From: the human T2T-CHM13v2.0 reference genome, Homo sapiens
Strand: one strand, 5' to 3'
Assembly (NCBI RefSeq): GCF_009914755.1
Contig: NC_060933.1
Length of the DNA: 64,000 nucleotides
Notes under the pieces: model-generated
Told to the model about the DNA's origin: nothing
The model's input: the letters and a program-made list of their open reading frames with translations, nothing else
Database searches by the model: none
Part shown: positions 36,618 to 51,657 of the stretch, piece after piece
Layout: the number at the start of each line of letters is the position of its first letter
Position numbering within the stretch: the first letter of the stretch is position 1
Position numbers and translations under genes: made by a program

Positions 36618-36689
36618 CTTTTGTAATAAAAGCATTGCTTTTGTCCTCAAATATACACTCCTGTAAGAGGCAGACCTTCCCATTCATGC
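36618..36689 (-). other. Candidate 72-nt exon (alternative inner acceptor gives 43 nt)
   Basis: Minus strand: tttctttcttttaacttttaattaatacag|GCATGAATGGG...ATTACAAAAG|gtaaga. Confidence 0.35.
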
Positions 36690-37335
36690 CTGTATTAATT
36701 AAAAGTTAAAAGAAAGAAATATTCAGTGCAAGTATCTAGTTACACACTTTGCAGAAAGGAGCTTCAGCTGCTTCCACTTCTGAAGACAGAGAAATAGCAA
36801 AGAAAGAAGTTCACTTCAGTTTGTTCTAGGAAGAACAAAGACTCATATCTCTTGAGAGTGAAGAAAGAATCAGACCTTTTCAGTATATTTAATTTTAATT
36901 AACTATGAAAGTGTGTTCGCAATGCAACGATGTAAAACTAGCTAGTAGTAACTGAGCTAAAGAAGGTCAAAACAATGATTACAATCAAGATATGACTGTT
37001 ATTGCACATATTTTTGGTTTGTGGGAGCGATTTTTTTCTTCATGTTCTTTTTCTTATTAAATTTAGAATTTGATGATTCTTCAGTGTAAGTTTGGTAAAA
37101 GAACAGGTAAATTTAACATTATTTGGATAATAAAGCATATTCTTTGTAAAAATGTAAATTCCTGGAGCCTTAGTCTTCCAATTTCCCTTCGCCCATCCTA
37201 GTACAAAGCTGCCTCTGTCTAGTACTGATCCCTAGAAATACTGCCTTGCTCCATAGAACAAAATGAAGCACAAATCATCTAGTGGCAGCAATTTGAATGA
37301 GGACCTTGACTAGGGGACAAAAAAATACCATTTAA

Positions 37336-37859
37336 AAATTTTTTTATATATATTTTTTATTATACTTTAAGCTCTAGGGTACACGTGCACAATGTGCAGG
37401 TTTGTTACATATGTATACATGTGTCATGTTGGTGTGCTTCACCCTTAACTTGTCATTTACATTAGGTATATCTCCTAATGCTATCCCTCCCCCCTCTTCC
37501 CACCCCACAACAGGCCCTGGTGTGTGATGTTCCCCTTCCTGGGTCCAAGTGTTCTCATTGTTCAATTCGCACCTCTGAGTGAGAACATGCAGTGTTTGGT
37601 TTTTTGTCCTTGCATTACTGGGTTTATACCCAAAGGACTATAAATCATGCTGCTATAAAGACACATGCACACATAGGTTTATTGTGGCACTATTCACAAT
37701 AGCAAAGACTTGGAACCAACCCAAATGTCCATCAATGATAGACTGGATTAAGAAAATGTGGCACATATACACCATGGAATACTATGCAGCCATAAAAAAT
37801 GATGAGTTCATGACCTTTGTAGGGACATGGATGAGGCTGGAAACCATCATTCTCAGCAA
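37336..37859 (-). mobile_element. L1PA (PA4/5-like) short insertion with 5' inversion
   Basis: Minus-strand L1 3' end about 37336-37613 joined to a plus-strand L1 segment 37614-37859; TSD aaaaaataccRtttaa. Confidence 0.95.
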
Positions 37860-37904
37860 AAAAAATACCGTTTAACCCCAAAATGATAGGACCTCATGCT
37901 CTAA

Positions 37905-38140
37905 ACCACTCATTCAATACCATCAATCCCTGAGTAATATTGTCTTTTCATATAAAGTTCCATAAAAACTTCCTGAACATTTCCATGTGCAAAGCACTTG
38001 TACTAGATATTGAAGAACAAGAAAGTGAATAGATAACCAGGATTTCTTCTCTGTAATCTGTCACAAAAGAAAAAAATACATGCAAATAATCCTGACATAA
38101 AGTAGTAAATTCTGGGATAGAGAGAAAAATAGTACACTGT
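37905..38140 (-). mobile_element. L2 fragment
   Basis: cctgaacatttccatgtgcaaagcacttgtactagatattgaag...aagtgaataga. Confidence 0.55.
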
Positions 38141-38254
38141 GAAGAGTAATCCTAACTGGATATTATTATCTTTTATACTTTCTGCTTTTCATTGTAAACT
38201 CTTGGAAACCAGATATTTATCTATTATCCAGAATCTTTGCATGTAATGAGTGTT

Positions 38255-38715
38255 GTAGTCAGTCATCTTTTTTTAGCAAGGGGCAGAAATTCAACTTCCA
38301 TTAGGTTAAAAAATATTGTCTTGTATATTCTTAAGCCTAGGAGTAGCCTGATATCAGCTTCAGGCAAGTTGAATCAGGTTCTCTAAGGAAGACAGAAGAA
38401 TTTCTCTCTCCATCCCCTGTCTCTGGTTTTCTCTGTATTCTCCCAAGGTTCTCTTACAGCAGGATTAAAGGTGGCCCCAGAAATATTACACTTGGATAGT
38501 AACACCAGCAGATAAGGAGCTCGTCTTCTCCATAATGTTAGCAAAACATCATGAATTTATTCTTAATGGCCTATCATAGGTTGTGTGATCAGCTGATTTA
38601 CTATATCCGGTCCACTGGAAAATGAGTCACTGGGGCCAGAAGAAGAATGGGACACAATGACTGGCTGGTCTAATTCATGTGCCCACCAGTGGAGCAGATG
38701 GGGACCAACTTATCT
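38255..38715 (-). mobile_element. Old MaLR LTR (MLT1J/K/L-like)
   Basis: gtagtcag...tagcaaggggcagaaattcaact...gcttcaggcaag...tctctggttttctctg...tgactggc...catgtgcccac. Confidence 0.55.
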
Positions 38716-40021
38716 TTTGTTGAAATAAGTAAACAAAAAGGAGCTGCTCTGGATTGTCTGCAAGGTTTGCGAAGAATTAGCTGAGTCAGTGATCAGTAAA
38801 CAATGCCAGGAGCTTGCTCTGGTAAGGTCTGCATTCTTTAAAAATGGTGTCATAGATATCAGAAAGTGAACATGGTTAACCATTTGTAATCATCAGAAAA
38901 CAAGAAAGGAAAATAAATAAAATAAAATAGAAATTGTAAAAATCAGCACTTGAATCACAACACTTACAGTTATGAAAACTAGACTAATAACACATATCAA
39001 TCAGAAATTCTTGTATTACAGTTTTAAGAACTTCCCTGAAAAGCCACAGGGAAAAGGCAACTCTTATTTGAACTGTGGAATGATCTTTATTGCCAACAAT
39101 ATATGTATCCTTCAAATGAAAATAAATTACTCCTATGAAAACAATGTCTATGAAAACATGCTTAAACTTCATACATTATACGTTAATACATTATATTTTC
39201 AAGGTGTAGGAACCTATAAAAATGTGCAATATGGTTTTTCTCAAGTGCCATAATTTACATTACCTTATTTATTTAAGCAATTTTAATCAACTCCTTAAAA
39301 GCTTTGAGTGGTTCTTACTTCACCAAACCAGAGGACAAGCATAAGTTTCAAGAAGCCAGCAACTGACAAGCCTCCAGGAAGAGCTGCACCACAACATCAC
39401 AGGTGGCTGTCCTCACATGTCTATCTTGGCATCTCACAATTCACATCACTTGCCCAACTCTTGGCAAAAGTCTATTTTTACATGGAAATGAATCTCTATT
39501 TGCTCCTGATCACAGGATTAAATAAGCTGGTCATTCCGAAATAATTCTCAAAATGTTTCCTCAAAAAGGTTATGCTTTCCTAATTTTTACTCTTAGGAAT
39601 TTCCTAATTGTACCAAAAGCAAAGATGGTGTTTTCTATTTTAAAAAGTTGCTACAGACCAATCATTTTCAGCTGAGTTACTATATCCAGTACGAAACTAG
39701 GGAAACTACTTTTTGCCATAACATTGCCAGAACCTAAACATTTTTCCCACTATGATGAGCGATAGCACTGAAATGAACGTCATCATGAACAAACACAAAA
39801 AGATTGAATGGGAACAGTTTGTATAAAAGCATACACTGGACATTTCCAATCTAGTCATATAGATTAAGAGGATGTCCATCGATGTAAATAAATTCAAAGG
39901 TTGAATCTGACTTTCTCCTCCCTTGAAGAACGATTTGCAGATATTGGCTGGCCTTTTTTTTTTAGTTTGACTATTACTTCACATTGTACTTGTAATTTGT
40001 CTTATGAAACACTAAAACATA

Positions 40022-40331
40022 TTTCTTTTCCATTCAGGTTTATTGAGGTATAATTTATAGCCAGTAAAATTCACCCTTTCTAGTGTGCCGTCCTAGAAGT
40101 TTTCACAATTAGATACAGTCATGCAGCCACCACCAAAATCAAGATTAAGAATGGTTTCATCACACTGAAAAGTTTCCCAGGCTCCTTCAAAGTCAACCAC
40201 TGGCCCCTGGCAACCATGAATACATTTTCTGTCCTGATAGTTTTACTTTGTCCAGAAAGTCATATAAACATAATTAGAGAGTATGTAACATTTTGAGTTT
40301 GGCATCTTTCACTTTAAGATTCATCTATGTC
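40022..40331 (-). mobile_element. L1MB-like 3' UTR fragment
   Basis: tttattgaggtataatttata...aaaattcaccc...caccaccaaaatcaagat...cccctggcaacca...ttttgagtttggc. Confidence 0.85.
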
Positions 40332-40663
<332 letters not shown>

Positions 40664-41161
40664 CTATGTCCTCATATTATCAGTCATTCAAGAAGTGTGG
40701 ATTAAGATATTTTCCTTTAGAGTCTCCCTTGTTTCCTAAAGCCAAAGTCAATATGAAAAACCTGAATCTGGCCATTTATAGTGTTACCTATAGTTATGAA
40801 TAAAAGGATGTAAGTATGGCTAGTTTCCCTGGCATGCCAGGGTAAGTAAGGATAAACACTCTTAGGGCGTAATCATAATCTGTGATTATCGCAGGCACTA
40901 AATCTTCTGCTCATAAGATCTAAGCCTTGGTTAGACAAATGATTAGGCACTAAAATTAATCAGGAGACACCAGACAGAGGTTGAGTATGGTTTCCATTAC
41001 TTTTTCTTTATTGTGATGATACTGTCATATACATTGATAACTTCAGAGTATAACACGTTAGATTTCTTATCTGACCTGTCTTTCACAAAATGAATTACTG
41101 TTGAAGCAAAGGAATCAGCAGACAGACCTCTTAACAGGAGTAGGAGAAAATGGATAGAGGC

Positions 41162-41482
41162 CCCTGTTTCCCAAACTTGAGTCATTCAAGTGCCACCTTC
41201 ATGATTTGGGTTCTACCCACATATCAAATCAAATGACCATTATTTAGCATTTTATATTATACATTTCACAGTTTTACTATAATAAATGTCTTTTTAGAAG
41301 GACTTTTCCTCCTACTATGGTTAATAGAAAGCCATTGTCAAATATATAAGGTAACTATGAAAAATACAACAATTTAAGAGCTCTACCTATGTGAGTCCAT
41401 GTATCACCCCATATGCAGCTGAGTTCTTGAGTATGAGTAGGGGAGTGCATACATACACAGAGATATGGTTTTAGAAACACTG
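41162..41482. mobile_element. hAT-Charlie-type non-autonomous DNA transposon
   Basis: Imperfect terminal inverted repeats ccctgtttcccaaac / gttttagaaacactg; interior gtcattcaagtgccaccttcatgatt. Confidence 0.5.
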
Positions 41483-41587
41483 CAATTACAATAGATGATT
41501 TTGGCTAAGCAAGGCAAAGGCCAGTGAGATTCAGCAACATTCTCCCTCCATTAGCTTATAGTTGGCATGTGGTCCGTAGCTCCTTAC

Positions 41588-41593
41588 CTTAGA
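41588..41593 (-). other. Candidate 6-nt microexon
   Basis: Minus strand: ttttatttcatgttttag|TCTAAG|gtaagg. Confidence 0.2.
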
Positions 41594-42569
41594 CTAAAAC
41601 ATGAAATAAAACTATGGCCCCAAAAGACTTAAAGGATTTATTCACCAAAGGACATATTCATATTTCATGCTAGTATAATCTTCTTATATATCTGAGAGTT
41701 ATTATAGAAATCTGTGCAGAGAAGCATCATCTTTTCTAAGAAAATGCATCATTGGAATCTCTTCTGATGCGTGGTCACTGTGCCCTTTGACAACTAACCT
41801 TCACAATGTTAATCATCTCACCTGTTTGAAAGGGACTAAAATGCTTGTTCCATTTACTGTTTAATAATGCTATCAAAAGGATTAATGACAGAAAACCTCT
41901 AGAATACTTTAAACTCTCCAAAAAGGCAGCAGTAAAACAGCAGGTGTCTCTTGTGAACACACATTTGTCTTCTTCCCATAAACTCATCCTGAAGGACATC
42001 AGGCTTCCAGCTTATATTTAATTGGCTGATTATGTTGTCACTCTTGAAGCTCCTTGCCAAGTTACAGGGAAGAGTTTTCTTGGAAACCGTAGTTTCCAAA
42101 CTTTCTCCAGCTATGCAGTTTAATTACATCAAGCAAAATGACAACAGAACTCATAATTAGCCTGGAGATTAATTACAGCTGAATCAGTCCAAACATCACA
42201 GCTACCAAATTCAACACAGGTGCTTAGGCAAACAGAAAAGAGTTTCTCAATACCCAGCAGAAGATGGACATGGAAGATGTGCTTTATGACTCTCTTCCCA
42301 TGAGCCTAAACACACAACCTGTGCAAAATGCCTTGTGTCTTCATAGCCAGGATGTCCCTAAGTATTTTAAAAAGAACCAGATCCAAAAACATTCCAAACA
42401 GTGATACCATCAATAATGTAATGTACAATGACTGAAACAAATCTTTTTTTCTATGTGAATTTCTGAAACCTAGAGCTCTCTTTCCCCTTCTCATTTCTTA
42501 TCTGATTATTGAAGAGTCTAAAAATCCTACATCATTCTTCTACTCCTTTCAGAATTACAAATGAAAGAG

Positions 42570-43148
<579 letters not shown>

Positions 43149-44514
43149 ATTAAGAGAAAAGCAAGTGAAAAACCTGTACCTTGTGTTCATCCTGTGACTC
43201 CTGAAAGTGACTAAGCCCTAGAGTGTCACCATGCTCCCACACAGAGTGTTGAAGCAATGCCAGATCAAACACTCTCAAGCCAACAACCACCGACCTGGAA
43301 CCTCCTATTACCTCTCTGAGAACTACTGCAAGAGGAAAAGGTTGAGTTAGGAAGATAGAAAAAAGGAAGCTGGTCTTATTTACAAATGCTGTCCTTTCTT
43401 ATTTCCTTTTACCTTCAAGTCATTTGAGATACCTTTAAATATATGCAAATCTAGGATCCAACAAAGACAAATTATATCCCCTAGTGATTTTAAGGTGCAA
43501 CTAGAGTTGATAACTACTGGTCTGGAGGAGTCTCAAAGAGATTGGCCACATTATATAATTGCATTCGATTCAGGGGAACCGGCAGCTACACAGTAGAGAA
43601 GTAGGGAGGAAGAACAAGGTCAGAACATAGGAAACAGAGAGAATGAAGAGACACAAATCAGGATTCCAGAAGTTTGTACACAAAAGAAATTAAAGGTGTG
43701 TAGTAATACACAAATACATGATTCTTAAACCATGTAAGAAACAAGAAAACTTGTCTCTGAATCAGAAGCTGATGAGGATTGCAAAGAAGCATTTTTAATG
43801 GGTTTATTGGATACATGGGTTTGTTGGTTTGATTTTCTGTTTGCTTATTTATTTGTGCATTCGGAGGAGTGGGGATTTCTTTGTAATTTTTAAAAAACAA
43901 ATATTAACTAAAAAGAATAAACTGTGTTCAGACATCCCAAAGGGAAACCCATGGAAAGAAAAGAGGAAATGAAATTTGGAGCAGGCCTTGTGGAATGATT
44001 TAAATAAATGAAATGTCTGCAAATGCATAGGTAGGCCTAATGCTTGTATCCTAGCCTACTCCGAGACATGAGGGAAGCTGCTGCAAAGCCATTTGCTTTC
44101 ACAAGACTGGAGGAGAGAGTACATGGCTGCCAGGAGAGGAATGTTGTCAGAGCGACTTCAAATGAGCACAGCCAAACTCTTCAGCGCTGAGAGGCCGACC
44201 ACTGTGCAACCAGCCACACTGCCATCTGCCCAGGCTGCCTTCTCGGTGCTGGGCAAAGCCAAGAGCGGCTCCCCCACCCCACTTTGGAGGATCCAGGGCA
44301 CGTAATGCTCTAGAACACAATTCTGCTAAAGGAGAGCAGGGGTGGGAGGCCCCAGTGAAAAAGACCTCCTGCGATATCCCTGGTGTGTGTACAGGCACAC
44401 ATCCCCACATCCATGTGTGTCCTTGCTATGTTAGGGAACAGTGCTCAGTTAGGGTGTTCCTCCTGTCCCCTTCATACTCAGATCTCTGGATCTCCAGGTA
44501 GGATGGCTCAGGTC

Positions 44515-45729
<1,215 letters not shown>

Positions 45730-46420
45730 AAAGAAATTGAGAACCAGAGAATACAAAGTGAATTCCCAACTTCACCCAGCTAACTGACTGCTATGCAGAA
45801 TCAACACCCAAATTTCCTGTCTTGAGTCATTTTCTTCCCCAGCTGTACTCCTCTGCTCGAATATCTCTTCCAACTCCTTTTTAAGAGATGATCTTAGGAG
45901 ATAGTGAGAGCTTATGGTTCAAGATAGTGGACTGACTACACACATCATCTCCACTGCCTCCCAAAAGCCTATGGGATTCATGGAAAATATTTTTTAAGAG
46001 GAGAAAGAGGATGGGAAGGGGGGAAAAGTCACCAGCTATAAACCATAAAGTTTGAACAAAATGTGAAAGGTAGAAGGAACATTCAGATTGGATTGATGGA
46101 GAAAAATTTTCAAAAGCAAAAAAATAAAAAAATTGGTTTAAGTTAAAAGGGGTACCCTCATTAATAAGAACTTTATTGAGTATATATTGTATATAGATTA
46201 CGCATTAAATAAGGTATATAATATTACATTTTAATATTAAATGTATTAAATACATATAATTTGTACATAATATGTAATATTACATATATTACAGTTTATA
46301 GATATGATAGACTACTGTGAAGCCTTTGTAATACATAGTGGTGAAAATCTTTATATACCGGCATGAAGGGATGTCAATATAATGTCAAAAGGAGAAACTC
46401 AACATTAAAACCGTGTGAAT

Positions 46421-46733
<313 letters not shown>

Positions 46734-46779
46734 CTACTTGATGTGTGCATGTAATACACATTTGTGTAGTAAAAATGCA

Positions 46780-46980
46780 AGCACTTACACAGTGCTTGCT
46801 ATGTAAATGCCTACAACACTGCCATTAGCACCATTATAAACAGAAGGAAACTGAGACACAGAGAGGTTAAGCAATTTGTCCAAGGTCACAGAGCTACAAT
46901 AAATAAGTGGAAGGTCTAGGGCACAAATCAAGGCCATCTGCTCCTGAGTCAGTGTCTCACAGCTGATGCTCAGCTTGTCA
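46780..46980 (-). mobile_element. MIR SINE
   Basis: acagaaggaaactgagacacagagaggttaagcaatttgtccaaggtcacagagct. Confidence 0.9.
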
Positions 46981-47119
46981 GCAGAACACAGAGAGCTCTG
47001 AAAGAGTACCCACCCAAGTCTGACTTCCCAGAGAGGTGATGGATGAAGCATTTCCATTTTACTTTTATATTTCCCTATTGTTTAATAGCCTTCAATAAGA
47101 ATGCATTTTTTTCATTTTG

Positions 47120-48125
<1,006 letters not shown>

Positions 48126-49604
48126 CTGAATGTATGCCTTTTTAAATTAAAAAGAAATGTAAAAGAATTGTACACCATTGGCAAATGTAAGGCAAATAGT
48201 TTATATCCTAAGCCGCTAGTAGATGAAAATATAAATAAGAATTATATTAAATATTTCATTAGTTTATTAAATATTTTAAGCATCTAATATGTACCTGCTG
48301 TGCTCCTCATATGCATTAATTTCAAAGCCTTAGGGATGTTCATGTGCTTTATAATTTTTCTTTTTATTTTGTCATTCCTATTTTCTATGTATTTACAATG
48401 TTCTCAGTTTGTTTTTGTAATCCAACACTAAAATGTAATAAAAAAGAATAGAGAACAGAAAACGTAATATATTTAATTCTAAATAATTATTATTTATGCT
48501 AATAATTTGTTATTCAGGAAAACATTTTCCTCTATGGATATACAAGTCAAGATAAGAAGAAGCTCACATAGAGCATACTTAGTTATAGAATTTCAGCTAT
48601 TTGCTCCACCTTGAACCCTTCTTTGTTTTGTCATATATCAAAAGCATTGTAACAGGCAGAAGAGTTAGTTTACTTCCTACAAATGTATTGTGAATGCTTG
48701 ACAATGAGAAATTAATTAGAAAAGATATAAAGGCCAATTGATTTTCTGGCTGCCAGTTGTCCACTTCGCAGATTACTTATGGAGCCAGAAAGAAAATAGA
48801 AAAAAAGGTAAAGAAGTGTGCCTGGGCTAGAAGACAGCAAAGGGGCTACCCAGGAAATCAATTACAGTCATCCCTGATGGTTCAGGATTTCCACTGAGTC
48901 TTTGCCATGTCCTCCTTGCCAAACCTGAGCCACATACGCGAAGCGACTATAAGTGGAATGCATCAGCATCAAGGACCTCTTTCTCCTGATTTTGTGTAGA
49001 TTTCCAAGAACATCTTCAATGATATAGAGAGCAGAAGCAGGAAATCACCTTTGCAAATCAAAACCCATATTACAAACAGGCTAACCAACATGGCCCCAGT
49101 CTGAAGAAAAACAGGAATTACTCTCAGAAATTACATTCAATTAAGGAAAGTACTATATTCAAGGAAAGACTTGCACTTCTACCCTAGGGCAGTCTCATGA
49201 TGGTTCCTGACCCCAGTTCTTCTAAACCATTTGAAATTAAACTAACTAGTTAGAAATGCTTTTCATAATTCTTTTGTGCAGGGTCCTAATTGTTAAGGAG
49301 TAGAATTTTAAGTTTGGTTGGATATATGATTTTATATTTTAGTCTAGATTTCACAGATAAGATACTGAGGCCTAAGGAAGGGAAATGGACTTGCTTTAAG
49401 ACAAAACAATGTCAGAGAAGAATCATGATAAGACAGAAAAGCTTTCACATAACCAGTCCACTGCATGGATCAAATTTATTTATTTTGCATATTTATTATG
49501 CTTCCTGAAGGAAAGCTATTAAAATGCATTGCTTTGGGAGATTACTGTCATCATCTATGACAAATTGCATTTATTAATGACGTTTCCTTGCAGAAATACC
49601 ACTC

Positions 49605-49690
49605 AAGAAAGAAAAAGTGAGAAGAAGAGGGCAAGGAGGAGATCAAGGAGGAGGAAGAAAAGGAGGAACAAGAGGAGATAGAGGAAGAAA
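49605..49690 (+). repeat. GA-rich low-complexity tract
   Basis: gaagaagagggcaaggaggagatcaaggaggaggaagaaaaggagg. Confidence 0.8.
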
Positions 49691-50292
49691 ATCCTCAAAA
49701 TACACATTAAAAAGTACTGCAAAGTGATTGGGTCAAACCACTTTTTGATTAAAGTTGTTTTTAAGAATAAGCTCTCATTCTTAATGAGTTCCAGCTGATC
49801 CTAAAAGTTTTACTGTTTCACCATATCTTAATTGTATTCTAGTATACTTGTCATATGAAACAAGATGCATTATACAACTTCAAATTAATTTCAATTCCTC
49901 AATCAAATTTTAAAGAATGAAATTCAGCCACTCTGCTTTAGCTATTACTATTTATCCAGGAACAACTACTGTGGACTTGGCCTTCAAAGTGAGTGAGAAT
50001 AAAAAAGGATCCAAGAAAATGGCTGAGATTTCTGGAAGCAAAGATAAGTGATGGATTTTCTATTTCCAAAGAATTCATTTCTTGGCTCTATGAAAATATA
50101 TTTAAGTTCATTTATAACTACCCAAATCCTATCTAAGACCCGTAGTTAAGGTATCCCTAAAAATAATACATCCTTATGTGATCTGTCCTCTCTGGGTAAC
50201 AGCAGAGTGACCTCAAACGCTGGTTAAATTGTCCTGGTTTAGCTACCTCTCCTTAAAATATCTAAATGGATACTTTTAGTTTAGGATTTCAT

Positions 50293-50510
50293 AAATAATA
50301 ATCATAACTAGTATTACTAAGCCTTAACTTTGTGTCATGCACTCTTTTAAGTGAATAATGTGTGCTAGTTTATTTGATCCTTGAACCCTATAAGGTAAGT
50401 ACTACTGTTAACCCCATTTTACAGCTAAAGAAACTGAAGCAAAGGAGGCTAAGATACAGATGGTAAAAGTCTCCCAGCATATACAAGTGGAGCAGGCAAA
50501 TGAGCCTGTG
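50293..50510 (-). mobile_element. MIR SINE
   Basis: aaccctataaggtaagtactactgttaaccccattttacagctaaagaaactgaagc. Confidence 0.85.
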
Positions 50511-50953
50511 CTTGTGAAGAAAAAAAACCCATTTATGGGTGAATTATGTAGAGTTTATTAAAGAGTTAATTTAAAGACATACATGAATAGATAAGGATTT
50601 TCAGTAAATTACAAAGTGTTAGCATGGCTAAGCATAGTCTGGGTTTATTGTTAACTTCACCTCACTGGGCTTTTGTTAGAGCTATTAGCAAAAAGTGATT
50701 AGAAGCAGATCTTTATCCTGGGTGACACTCCTGTCTTCTTGCCTGGTGCTAATTCTATCTCTCCTGCTTCTAGTAACTCAACATCTGATACTCATTCATG
50801 TCACCATTGTTTGGACAACTCTTTCATAACCAGTATATCTATTGTGAAGCATTTTAACTCCTTTCTATTATTGCACAAATTTCACCTTTTAAAAGAGAGA
50901 GCTTTGTTGTCTTAAATCTAAAAATTTCATGTGAATTTCTATTGCACTAGCTA

Positions 50954-51013
50954 TAGGTTGGTGCAAAAGTTATTGCGTTTTTTGCCATTTACTTTCAATT
51001 TGCACTAACCTAA
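50954..51013. mobile_element. MADE1 mariner-derived MITE, internally deleted
   Basis: taggttggtgcaaaagttattgcgttttttgccatt...tttgcactaacctaa with terminal inverted repeats and TA flanks. Confidence 0.88.
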
Positions 51014-51174
51014 TACATACCTCTGTCTTCACCAGCATTACATGTATAATTCCTTTAACTGCCATGCCCTCTGCAAATGCTTGCTGAGAAACTGTGAATT
51101 TCTTCTGGGTTTTATGGGTCTCCCTGGCTTTGGATACTCCCTGAGTATCACTTAGTTTAAGGGCCTTACATATA

Positions 51175-51325
51175 CCAGAGCCTCTTAAACTCTGGCATTT
51201 CTATATCTCACCTGTGGATTTCATTGAACTGCAGATTCTGGACCCTGGGATTCTGAATTTCTAACAAGCTCCCATGGGAAGCTTATGCTACTTCACAGAC
51301 CATACTTTGAATGGCAATGACCTAA
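51175..51325. mobile_element. MER5A-like hAT element
   Basis: tgcagattctggaccc...attctgaatttctaacaagctccc...gaccatactttga. Confidence 0.7.
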
Positions 51326-51628
51326 GAGATTTTTCATTCCTTCCTTACCAATTTCTTGTATCCTCCTCCCATTTCCTGCCCCAGCAGAAATACCCAGGTT
51401 ATATTATTTTCACATGCAACCAATGTTTTCTCACCAGGTTTTTGGAGTTTTTTTCCTCCATTTCTATGGTCACTAACATGTATGTTTCTATGTTCTCCTG
51501 AGGACCAGATAATCTAGAAATTTTCTCAAGGTAGTAATTCAGGGTAAGGTATAAGAATAAAAAACCCACCTCTGTTGCCCTTAGAAATATTTAATCCATA
51601 AATAGACAGGCTGTGAAGTTGCTCTCAC

Positions 51629-51657
51629 CTTGTTTTGTATTTATCCTCCTCTAGCAG
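51629..51657 (-). other. Candidate 29-nt exon
   Basis: Minus strand: ttttccatttcctctgagttctactttcag|CTGCTAGAGGAGGATAAATACAAAACAAG|gtgaga. Confidence 0.3.

Noticed and set aside
37374-37875. ORFs at 37374-37565 and 37579-37875
   Set aside because: Derived from the inverted L1PA fragment
46160-46312. Very AT-rich quasi-palindromic stretch
   Set aside because: Degenerate (TA)n low complexity within old L1 sequence; self-complementarity expected from composition
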